DNA of 64,000 nucleotides from Rhizaria sp. SCN 62-66 (Eukaryota): NCBI GenBank assembly GCA_001724265.1, contig MEDY01000037.1, positions 1 to 64,000 of the forward strand, read 5' to 3'. Shown piece by piece: positions 10,701 to 22,100 of this stretch (position 1 is its first letter; each line of letters starts with the position of its first letter). The notes under the pieces were generated by a model. It saw only the letters and a program-made list of their open reading frames with translations, ran no database searches and was not told where the DNA came from. The position numbers and the translations under genes were made by a program.

Positions 10701-13700
10701 CAGTCTGCGCCAGGCGCGAGCGCAGCGCCGCAAAGGCGCGAGCCGAGTGGCCCGGCGCGTGCTGCGGCGCCCGCGAGCGCGCCGTGAGCTGCTGCAGGGA
10801 CTGGCGAGCCTCAAGCAGCGTGCTCAGCGGATAGCCCATGGCGGCACCGGAGAGCGGGATGGGCTCGGCTGACAGACGCTCGCCTAACGCAGACACAGCG
10901 GCCGCAGCCGAAAGCGCGGCGGGCGGCGACGTGTAGTCGCGGAGATCTTCGTACAATGACACCATGTCCACCGACAAAACGGACGCACTGCTCCACGCAC
11001 CCGCTAGCGGCAGCAGCAGTTCGCGCGCCCACGCGGAGCGATCCGCGTCGGGTGCCACTGCGCGCACTGGCGTCAACCTCAGCGGTGAGCGCGCCACACT
11101 GCATGGGTAGATAGAACTTGAGGGTGCCACCACCGTCTCCATCTTGCCACTTGCACCCGAACCTCCAGTAAGCGCAGAGAGCGGAAACATGGCGGGCTCA
11201 GTGATAGTCAGGTGCAGGCCAGTCAGGTCGGAGCGCAGTGCAGCGTCAAGCAGACACTCAGGACCGCCCAGGTTGCCGATGTCGGTCAACAACGCAAGCT
11301 GCGAGCGGATGGCGCGCCAAAAGTAGGGATGGAAGGACCCCGTAAGCTCGGCAGCCACGTGTGCGTCAGCCAAATCGTCGGCGACGGCACGCTCTGCGAG
11401 CCGCTTCAGCTGCAGCGTCTCGGACAAAGACACACACGCCTCCGCAGCTGCCGCCCGCGAACCAACAGTGGCAGGCGTACCTGGGGGCGCCAGAAGCCGC
11501 GCCACAGCAGCCGCACGCTCTACGACGCGCGATTGCTCCGCATGAAGCACCAAAAACGCCGTCAGTGCCACAGCATCGGCAAATGGCGACAATGATGCAT
11601 CACCTTCACTCTCATCAACATCGGCAGCGTCAGGTTGAGGGGACTCCACCAGCCCTGCGGCAAGTGCGTCAAGTCCACGCACGATGCGGACCGTCTCGCT
11701 ACCGACGGATGAAATCGCACCGAGTGAGGCGGCGCTGACGGCAGTGTTGCCGTCAACATCAGCGGCTGTAACATTGTCGTCTCCAGCCTCAGTAAGCGCA
11801 CGCAGGTCAAGCCCCAGTGCCGCTGCTGCGGCGTGCAGCCCGCTCACAGTCACCTTCCTGGCACGGGTGACGTTATCGTCGGGACGGGGCGGCAGACCAG
11901 CAAGCAGCGCAGGCGACACGGCAGCCTCGGCCGCAAAAGCGACTGAGTCTGGCACAGGGCGCGACGCACGACCTGAGGCAATCGCACACGAGATTGCACG
12001 GAGCCGCGCAAAGAGTGAGGTGCGCATATCATTCATAGCACCGTGCGACTCGGGGCACGCCCACTCACGCGTGGGTGCGACGGACGTAGCGGGGTCCACC
12101 AATGGGGTGAGTCGCTTCAGAAGCCACGATGATGTCTTACGCATGCCTGCGTCCTGGCGAGAAGGCGCAGCCACCCGCGGCGCAAAGTCGACGCTGTGCA
12201 GCGCGCGGCGGATCGACCGCAGCAGGTCCGCGGCCGCAGCAGCAGTGTCGACGCTCACACCAGGCACACACGAGTCACCGGCAGAGCTGGGGGCGTCGCC
12301 AGTGGTAGCCGAGCGGCGGCCCAGAACAAAGAGGTGGTGCAGCAGTACAGCGCTGAGTACGCCACCGGAGCCAGGCGTGGAGTTGGCGCCACCGCGGTTG
12401 ACACCGCCGCGACCCGCGCGCTCTTCGGCAGTGCGGATGGCGGCGGCAAGCCCGCTCTGGCGCGTCTGCCAGTCAGAGATGCTATCAACTGTACCCGCAC
12501 GTGTGAGCGGACGTCCTTGGATATCATCGAGCAGCACCACCACAGCGCGCTCGAGATCGAGTGCCAGTGCCGCAGCCACCGGGGCCGCCGCCGCGCCACC
12601 AGCCATCGACGGCAGAGTGCTGGGCAGCTCGCGGCGGCCATCCTGTGCGCTGCCCGAACTGGCCGTGACGGCTGACGACAGCGCAATGGTGAGCGCAGAG
12701 CGGCGGATAAGGCGCGCCAGGCGGTGCGTGCCCACAGATGAGGCGGCGTGTGCGGCAGCTGCAGCGTTGTCGTTGTTCGCGGAGCTGGTGGTCACGGCAT
12801 CGTCAGGAACGTCGTCGTCGCTGTTCTCGGCGACATCCTTGCTCTCCTCGTCTTGTCCCAGCCGGGCCGCACGTGCGGCCTTGGCGGCAGCGACTGTCGC
12901 CGCCGTGGGCGGCTGCGACTTGACGAGCGTGCCCAAACGCGCATCCCAGACGTACTTGCCTCCCTTGGCCGTGGTGAGCACGACAGTGCCAGTGGCGATG
13001 CACCAAGCGTCGCGCTCGGCCATCACAACGACGCTGTCATGCGTGCTCGAGTCGCCCAGGCGGCAGACAATGCAGCGCTTGAGCAGCGAGATGACGCGCA
13101 CGGAGTGGTCCGAGAGCGGCACGAAGATCAAGTCACCGGGCCCGAACGGGAACGCAGTGAAAACGGACGGGTATACCGGCGTCACGGTGCCGTACTGCTC
13201 GCCCGCGTGTCCGTTCTTGGATGCGGACACAATCATCGAGCTGGGCGGTGACACAAACGTGAAGGGCCGCAGCGGTGATGCCGCAGCCGCGCCCGCGTTT
13301 GCGGCAAGCCCGGCCACATCGCCACTGAGCCAGCCGCGGTAAGCATCCACCGCGATTGACGAGGGGCCAGTCGCGAGCGTCTCGTCAGCTGTACCAACAG
13401 CCGCGGCGGCCTTAGCGGCCTTAGACCCGTCCTTGCCTTCGTTCTGCAGCAACTTGGCGTGCTGCTCCAGCTCCGAAGGATAGTTGACGTTGACGGTGAC
13501 ACCGACACCAGTGCCCGCGCCGCGGTACGTCGCCCGGATCTCGCCCTGCACGAGCGACTCCAGACCGGGCGCGAGCGGCACCAGCGGCGTGACGCCCGCG
13601 GAGGCGTGCGCCATAGCGACCTCGGCGACCTGCTGGTGGTGCCACAGCAGCCCGCTGAGCAGCGCTTGCAGGTGCGGGTCGCGGCCCACGGGCCCGATCG

Positions 13701-14037
13701 AAGCCTGGATTTCCTCCGACAGCAGCGGCGACGGCCACAGCACGCCCGTCACCGACACCAAGCCTTGCACGTCGGGCGTCACGCGCGAGCGTGCGGCGCC
13801 CGCGGCCTTGATTGGCGGCGGAATGAAGGCGAGCACACTCACGTACGCGTTGCCCGTTGCGTGCGCCGCCGAGCCCACAGGATCACCCGGTGCGGGGCCG
13901 CTCATGCCGGCCGCCGCAACGTCGGCTGGCAGCGCCGAGGTCCCGTGCGCGGGGTACACCGACGACGACGCAGCTAGCTGCGCAGGACCAGTCACGGGCG
14001 GGTAGCCTTCGCGTGCAAGCACCGCCTCGGCGCCCAA

Positions 14038-14076
<39 letters not shown>

Positions 14077-17000
14077 CTGCTTCGCAAACGCCATCGCACC
14101 AGGCGTGGCGGTGCGGCGGTACGCCGCATTGACGCCGTAGACAACAAGAGAGCCGTCAGACCATAATGCAACAAGCGCGGGCACATTAGCAAACACGCTC
14201 TGCACAGCTGAAATCGGCAGCAGCTTCACCACGTGAGGCCGTTTCGGCGTCTGACGTAGCCGCGCGACGTGAGCCGCGCGGTCGCGCTCCTCAACGCGCT
14301 GCGACTCGCGGAGACGATGCAAGCTGCCGGGGGCCGCTGACTTGGGCGCGCTAGCTGCCCAGCGACCCTGCGCAGGCACACGAGCATTGGAAGGCTCCAT
14401 GCTATCGTCCTCAGAGAGGTCCGAGAGCGCGTCCTCAGAGGATGACGACGACCACTCATCCTCAGCGTAGCGCACGCGCGCACCGCGGAGAGCGAGGGAG
14501 TGCAGACGCTCACCCGTGGACTCGGAGGCGCCCTCAGCGACGGCGCCAGCGGCAAGCGCAAGGAAGCCCGTGAGCGCAGCCTCGCTGACGCCACCACGGC
14601 GGCGGCGGCGGATACCAGCAGTGCGCGCACGTGGCGGCACGGGCCCCGGCGCATACTGAGAGCCAGCGTGAAAGTACGGGTGCCAAAGCACAGCGGGTGC
14701 GGCGTTGATGGTGGCATCGTGAAACAGAATACGACCGGACTTGTAGGCGCGAACAATTGTCACGCTGCAGTGCGTCTGATCCGTCAGTGTCGCCGTAACC
14801 AGTGCCGGTTCTGCCATAAGGTATGATAGCGCAGGCACAGGCACGGGCGGCAGCGTCGCCAACTGCGGCGACGCCAGCAGCGCGGCGGCCATGGCGCCCG
14901 CTTCGTCTTCTGTCCCAGCACCGCCTCCACTCTGATCCGCGACAGCGTCGAGTGCGCGCACGGGTGACACGACGGTCCACGCAGGCGCAGGGTAGAGCGG
15001 CGGCGGCGCGCTGTCGGCCAAGAACCCGTCAGCCACTGCAGCCGACGCTGTGGGGTGCATCACGTACGACCACTGCACAAGCGCAATGTCGTCCGATGGC
15101 GTAGAGCGGCGGCGCAATGCAGCGCGACGGGATTCCTTGCTCTTGGCGTCGAGGAAAGCGCGGTAAACAAGTTTGATGTCCCAACATGCAACGGTACCAT
15201 CAGCGAAGCCGGCGGCGATGACGGCGCCACTGCGCTCGGGCGCATCAAGGTTGGTCTGCACGGCAACGGCTGCAAAGGACTCACCGCGCAACAGTGGCAA
15301 CGGCGCAGATGTAAGCGCAACAGCGTCGCGCAGGGCTACAGCCGTGTTCACAGACGCATGAGCGCCGGTGCCGGCTGTGGCGGCCGCAATCGAAGCGTGG
15401 GTGCGCGCATCCGTGTCGGCGTCAGTGTCGAGCGCAAGCCAGTTCCAGAGTTGCGGCGTGTGTGCTGCCAGCGCAGCCGTGATACCGTAACGCGAGGTTC
15501 CCGCGGGCGACAAACGTGAGCACCAGCGCAGAGACTCACTCAGCTCGCGACGCGCCACTGCAATCGTGCGCGCAGCGCGCGCGCGGGCACGGGCATTCGC
15601 AGACGTACGGCTACTCTCCACAGAGCTCTTGGAGGTCGCGGCGATCAATGCGGCGGCGCGAGCTTGCTGCTTGAGGCGCGACAAATCATGCTTTGCCTGG
15701 ATGAGCGCACGGAACGGCGAGACAGGACCAAGTCCCGCGGCAGCCAGCGCTGAAGCCTTCGCAGCCGACGCTGGGTTGGGCGAGAGTGTGAGCACACGGT
15801 GCAGCGTCAACAGCGCAGGCCGCGATGGCGCGGGCGCGCGCAGCTCAAAGACAACGGTACTACCAGTGGCGGCAGTGAGACACAGCAGCGGCAGACGCGC
15901 GAGCTCAACTGCAACGGCACAGCCACCTGCAGGCGCAAGAACAACACGCTCCGACAGATGCGGCAGGTGCGTTGCAACAGGGTTCGGGAGCAAGAAACCG
16001 CCAACCCAAGCACCGTTGTGTGTGACAAAGCGGCCCGGCCTGTTTGACGCGTCATCAAGCGCGATAAACCCCGGAGAGCCCGCCAGCGCACTCGGCAAGT
16101 CGTGCGCGCCATGCGCCAGCAGCACAGGCGCTTCGGCCGCAAGGCCCGGCGCCGCTCTACAGGGTTGCGCAAAAAGCGAGGCATGATGCGAGCTCACAAT
16201 GAGTGTGATGCTGCTCAACGTTGCCGCTGCCGCGGATGTCGACGCCGCGTTCGTGGGACCTGACATCAGCGGCATCACGGCTACGTGCACGGGTGTCGAC
16301 ACAGCGTAAGGAAGCTGTGCGGAGACAAAACGCGCAATCGCGGCTCCCGGCGCGGTCAGCGCCGAGACAGCCTGCGACGCGCCTGCGCGCGGCGACGTAA
16401 ACCAGCGCGGCGGGACCTGCGCCTCGGGCGAGCGCAGTGTGGGCCACAGCGCCGTCTGCGGGTCGTCGGCCGTGCCCACGTACGTCTCAGCCGGGAAGGG
16501 CACAAGCCGGGGGCCCGACGTGTCGGCGCCGTCGCGTCCGCCACCGCGCACGCCTTCGTGCGAGCGCGACTGGCGCGCGCGCGCCGCGCTGGTGGCGTCC
16601 GCGGACGGCGTGCGCACGGCCATGACGGCAAGGAAAGCGCGCGTCTGGCGCCGTGTGAAGCGCGCCGAGGTGGGCGTAACACCCACGATAACGTCGGGCA
16701 GCGAAGGCACAAGCGCTGCAGCGGGCACAGTGCGGATAAAGGGCGACGCAGCGTCGCGCGTGCTAAAGAGCAGCGACACAGGCGCGTGCGCGGGCGCAGA
16801 CAGCGGTAACACGGGCGCAGCAGCACCGTGCACACTGGCCGTGGCAGCGGTGGAGACGGCGGCGGCCACGTCATCGCGGTAGATCTCGCGCAACGCGTTG
16901 TCGCCGAAGGCGACGGCAATCTCGCGGTCAAGGTCCCACACAGCCACGGCGCCGGAGCGCAGCAAGACGTTGGCAAAGCGGTCGCGCGCGCGGCCGGCAC

Positions 17001-18546
17001 CACCGAGGGGCTGTGAGGTCAGCGAAGCGCCCGCGGCTACGGCAGCAGGCGCCGGCGCAAGCGCGACTGTGGCAACGGGCTCGGCGTGGCCCAGCACGGC
17101 GACGAGCGAGAGGTCGCGCGCGTTGACGAGGTACACGTCGCCCGACTCGCGGAACCAGAAGAGCGCAAGCGGACACGTGGGCTCGGGGTGCGTCCAAAGC
17201 AGCGAGCCCTCGCGTCCCTGCGCCACGGCAGCGGCGTCTGCGGGGACGGTCTCGGTGACCGTGGCCATGCCGTGCCGCAGCATCGCCACGGCCACGACGA
17301 CGCCCGCCGGCAGGTCCGGCGTCGCGGGTGCCAACATCGCGCCCGCCACGCCCACGCCCGAGCCCGCGCTGGAGCTATGGCCGGAGCTGCGTCCGCCGGC
17401 CGCGAGCTGCGACGCCAGCGTTGACGACGCGGAGACGGCGCCGCGGCCGGCGCCCGCCGAAGCTGAGGCCGCGGCTACGACCGAGGGCGCGACCGCAGCA
17501 GTGACCGAGACGGTGGCAGAGGGCGTGACGGCGGCCGCGACGTCCGCCTTGAAGACGCCCTCGGGCGCGCGCAGCGCAGTCACAACGTCACCGCTCGCAA
17601 GCGCGCTCCCCTGCGCGGACTGTGAGCTCACAGAGCTGGCGCTGGCGGAGGCTGCGGCGCTGGCGTTGGCGTCGGTGGCGAGCACGGCGGGCCGCGGGTC
17701 GAAGAAGCGCGGGTAGTACACTGCGGCGCCCGCGGGGTCGTGGTGCTTGAGCGCGGCAAAGACGGGCGCCGTGGCGTGCGCAGCCGAGCCCGTGGACGCG
17801 AGGCGCGAGACCCAGCCGTCGGCCGTGGCGCTGAGCAGGTACTCGCACAGCGGCGACGCGTAAGGCGCAGTTGTGTGTAGTGGCGGCAGCGACGGGCCCA
17901 TCGCCGCCAGAGGTGTCACCGGCACGCCAGAGCCGCCCACGGGCGTGGCCGCGGCAGCCGCACTGCGCGCACGGTTCACCGAGGCGGCCGCGGTCGCGGT
18001 GGCGCTGATGGCGGCGGCGTTTGCGTTGGCGAGGCGCTCGGTGGCGCCCAGCGCGGCGAGGTTGAGCGAGGGCGCGGACTCGTCCGTGGTGGAGACCGAC
18101 GTCGCCGTGAAGGCGCCCAACGACTCGACCGTCGTGTCCTTGACGCGCGCCAGCACGCGGATCGCGCCGCCAGCGTTGGTGTGGTGCAGCAGGTGCGGCG
18201 TGAGGCGTCCGCTGCGGCCCGCCGCCGCGCGCGACGGACACAGGCGCTTCACGCGCGTCACGGCCGTCGCGCCGGGCACCGGCGTTGCGACGTCGTCGCC
18301 ACCAGCCTTGCCGGCGGGGTCTGCGTTATCGCCGTCGTCGTCGGAACTGGAGAGATCGAGGACGCGCTCGAAGACGTTGGCTTTGTCGTGGTCAGCGTGC
18401 GCCTGCGGGTTGGTGTGCCAGGTGCAGACGTCGCTGTTAGAGCTCGCAGTCGCGAGGCCCGTGGACGTAAAGCAAATCGCCGACACGGCATGTGGGGGCG
18501 CGTGGTCCCACAAGACGAGCGGTAGTTGCAAGGAAGTCATCGACAT
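4765..18546 (-). CDS. WDR7: WD-repeat protein WDR7 / Rabconnectin-3 beta homolog, expanded to 4593 aa, apparently intronless
   Basis: N-terminus SLQLPLVLWDHAPPHAVSAI resembles the WDR7 N-terminus. C-terminal HRALLQVGRLCPKHFVHCMGREV, CLDP, RLAVG..IVIYDLRT..GH..VSAVSFSP.GETLVSYS match the WDR7 helical region and terminal WD40s. Ends TAA. Confidence 0.8.
14038..14080 (-). repeat. CAG/CAA trinucleotide repeat encoding a polyglutamine run in WDR7
   Basis: ctg/ttg repeat on the + strand; translates to a poly-Q run on the - strand. Confidence 0.9.
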
Positions 18547-19143
18547 GTTGCAAACGGGTCACAAGGAGCAGCGTCCGGACAGCGACAGATGACGTCGGCT
18601 CTTTCAGAGGGTATCGACTGTTAAGGAGGCTCTGGAAGGAAAAATCAAGGGTAATAGAGAGTGGTAAAGAGGTGCGTCATTTGTGCAACTACAGATCATA
18701 AATCAACCTGGTTTCTATCGTATAAAAGTGTATCTGTCCATGTCCGGATCATTAGATAGGACATGCTAAGCGAACGTCACTTGACCCTGAAGATCTTTGT
18801 GGATAACTCTGCATACAGAGGGAATTTCTCACTTTTCAGAGTTCTAATTGCAATGACAAATTGCCACATATAAATTTACCGCGGGAAAAATGTTTTAAGC
18901 GACATTGACGATTGAATGATTGAGAAACACTCAAAACAAATAAAATCAGCACACATGTTGCAACTGGTCTCGCAATTTTTTACGAACCGCACCAGTCCAG
19001 ACTCACATCAAACATCTTTTCTTGTGAGCTCATTATCTCTTTATTTTAATCGTCAAGTGGGACATATAATTGCTGAGCAGTACATTAACTTAACTGACTG
19101 TTGTATTTTTCACATTTGTTTATCTTCTGTAGGTCCGTCAGTC
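18547..19143. promoter_or_regulatory. Divergent (head-to-head) promoter region for WDR7 and Dicer, with a likely Dicer 5'-UTR intron (~19024-19132)
   Basis: AT-rich 600-bp spacer between oppositely oriented starts; GTGAGC donor-like and TTCTGTAG acceptor-like sites precede ATG 19144. Confidence 0.55.
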
Positions 19144-22100
19144 ATGAGTGACAGGCCCTTGTCGGGTGGGGAGCCCTCTGGATTCAGGGCGCTTCGCGAC
19201 CCGTCAACCAGACCCCCCTTGGACGATTCCAAGGACGCAAGGGGAGCCAACTCACTAGCACCTGCCGCTTTTGACGTTTTTTCTGGTGGCCACAGTGGCT
19301 CTTCTTTACGCCATGACCTGGACTCGGATGACGACGACTTCTTCCCCGGCGACGATGGTGGCGCGATGGCGGGCGTCGGCCCCCTGGACGAGGACGAGGA
19401 CTCTCCGGACCCGCGCACCGATGCGGGGCATGACTACAACGATTTAGACGAGCTCCCTACCACCGGGTTTGACCTCGGGCCGGATATGGCCAGCGCTGCG
19501 GCAGACGGCCGCGATCAAGACTCCGACGACAAGGATGCGACAGAGCACGCTGTGGAGGCCGAAGGGGAGACAGATGCGCAGGTCGGGAGCCCGGTGCAGA
19601 AGCTGCGGCGCTACCAGCTGGAGCTGTGCCGGCTGGCGATGATGCGCAACATTATCGTGTACCTGGAGACGGGCGAGGGCAAGACGCTGATCGCGATCCA
19701 CGTCATCAAGCGCGTCGTGTCGCAGCTGCGCCAGCGCCGCGCGCGCGTCGCCGAGCTCGAGGCTGCGCACGCCAGCGCCCTGCGCGTGCACACGCGCCGT
19801 ACGCGCGCGTGGTAGCAGGCGGGCAGCCCCGCGGGCTCGGCGCCCGGCGCGGCGCCCATGCTGCCGCGCGAGGCGGCGACGCACCGGCGCCAGTGGGTCT
19901 TCATGCTCGTGCCGCAGGTGGCGCTGTGCCGGCAGCAGGCGCGCTACGTGCACGCGCAGACGGACATCAAGACAGGCCGGCTGTTCGGCACCCTGTTTGC
20001 GCGCATGTCGCGCAAGGCCGACTTCGCGCAGATGATGGACGCCGTGGAGCTGGTCGTCCTCACAGGTGGCGTGATGAACAACCTCATTAAGTCAGGCTTC
20101 GTGGCCATGCCCGACATCGCGCTGCTCGTGCTCGACGAGGCGCATCAGGCGCGCGGCGACCACGACTACGTCAAGGTTATGCAGGCGTACCACAAGCACA
20201 AGCTGCTCCTGCGCTAGCGCCGCGACGCCGGCGACTGCACGCTGCCGCCGCCGCCTAAGGTGCTCGGGCTCACGGCGTCACCCGTGTCTGTGGACGTGGG
20301 CAAGCAGGCGCAGTGGGAGGTGCGCGTGGACCGGCAGTTGAGGGAGCTGCAGATCTTGCTCGACGCGCAGATTGCCACGATTGACCGCTCCGACGACTAC
20401 ACTGTCGACCCGCACGAGCTTGCGGCAGCCAACGCGAATGCCGATGTCGCTGCTGCAGCCGCTGCGGCTGTTGCGAGTGCGGACTCTGTGATCCGACACC
20501 GGTTCGACGAGGAGATGGTGACGTACGCGCCCGACGAGCCCACCGTCGCAAGGTTCCCCGAGAATGCGACGCTCTTCACCTTCCTTCTCACCGGTGCGGC
20601 TGCGCCCGGTGACGGCGTGGCTGCGGAGCCGGCTGGGCTTGCCGCTGCCGGGCCGGCCGAGGTGTCGGCGGAGCTGCGCGACGGCCAGGCGCTCACGTAC
20701 TTGTCTCGGCTGACGATGAGCGCGGTGCAGGCTACGCAGACGCCGGGGCGCGCGTCGTTTTACCTGTACTGGTCCGACATCGACCCGCTGATGCCGCTGC
20801 CCGCGCGCGCCGCCGTGCTTGCGTCTCACGCAACGCGCCTGCACGAGCTGCTCACCGCGCGCTACGCCGGCGCGCGCCGGCGCGCGCTCGCCGCGCTCGC
20901 AGCACAGTACCCCGCCGCTGAGACCGCTTTCACGTCGAAGGAGGCGCGGCGCTTCTTCTCGCCGGACCCCTTTCCGCATCTGCGCGACCTGCGCTGGAAG
21001 CCGCGGCCGCCGGTGCTGCAACCGCTAGTCCACTTCGTTCATCTCATCACTCCCCAGGCCGATCGCGCCTCGCTTGCGCTTGCGCGTTCCCCGCTACTCG
21101 TGGGCGGCGCCTCCGTAACACTCGCTGCCGCCCCCGCTGCCGCGTCCGCCGCTGCGCCTGCTGCGCTGTTTCCGGGCAGCGGCAAACGCGCGCAGCGCGC
21201 AGGCTTCCGTGTGGTGAGGATGACGCGTGGCTCGTCGGCGATGGCCGGCGCGGTGGCCATGGCTGGGCAGCGCAATGTGCAGGAAATGGCTGCGATGCAG
21301 CCGGTCTAGGATCAGACGTTGACGCAGTTGCAGAGCTTTGCGGGCGCCTCGCGTGGGCTGCGGAGTGATTTTGAGATTGATCAGTTGCACGCACGCTATG
21401 AACAGGGCGCTCTCACCTGGGCCGATCTTCCCCCTGCCGTGCTAGATGAGATATCATTCGCTAGCTTTCCACTCTCGGTCAAATCTTGGCAGTTTGCACT
21501 CACCCACCAAGACCGCGCTAGTGTTGCAACAGGCATCATTCCGAATGCGAGCGCGAGCGCGAGCGCGAGTGCCGACGCCGGCGCTGTTGAGGGCGCGCAG
21601 ATGCAGGCCCCGGCCGTGGACGCGCGGCTGGCGGTGTACTCGCAGCTGGTGGCGTCCGTGGACCCCACGCCGTGGGTTCACTCGCTGCGTGGGCCTGTGT
21701 CGCCCTTTTCGCACCGCATAATCCGCTTCTCCGAGACGCTCGACGCCATTGCAGAGCGCTATGTGCTCGCTCGCGAAGTCTTTGAGCGCGCGCGCGCCGC
21801 GCACGACGAATTCAACGCCGCTGTCACTCGCCGTGCCGCCGGGCTTGCCAGCACGGACCCCGATACGCGCGCCGCTGCAGCCTAGATTGCTCTCCAGCGG
21901 CCCGCGCCGCTGCCAGCGGAGCCCAAGAGGCCTCGCGGGCTTGTTTTTGTGACGACAAAGCGTGAATGCTTTGAGCTATTTTCGTTGCTGCGCGGCCACG
22001 GGATGTTTGACCGTGCGCGCATCGTGTTCCAGCCCGCGTACCTGTACGGTCACGAGGAGTTCCTCATCTCCGGCGGCGCGGGTGACGGCGACGGCGACGA

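Noticed and set aside
11684..13342. Long antisense and alternate-frame ORFs (also 38252-40006, 46543-47931, 56042-57556)
   Set aside because: Expected shadows of GC-rich, Ala-rich coding sequence; no motifs.
18739..18765. Short tgtcc...ggaca inverted repeats in two promoters (also 48463-48481)
   Set aside because: Only 7-bp arms with different spacers; compatible with chance.
19786..21885. The Dicer TAGs as 3' splice sites of short in-frame introns (GT..TAG spans of 30, 42, 33 and 63 nt can be drawn)
   Set aside because: These spans are GC-rich and coding-like, and lack the pyrimidine tract and ~100+ nt length of the window's clear introns. The second would delete the conserved Y-x-x-(V/I)M segment after DEAH. 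Disfavoured, but only RNA-seq can exclude it.
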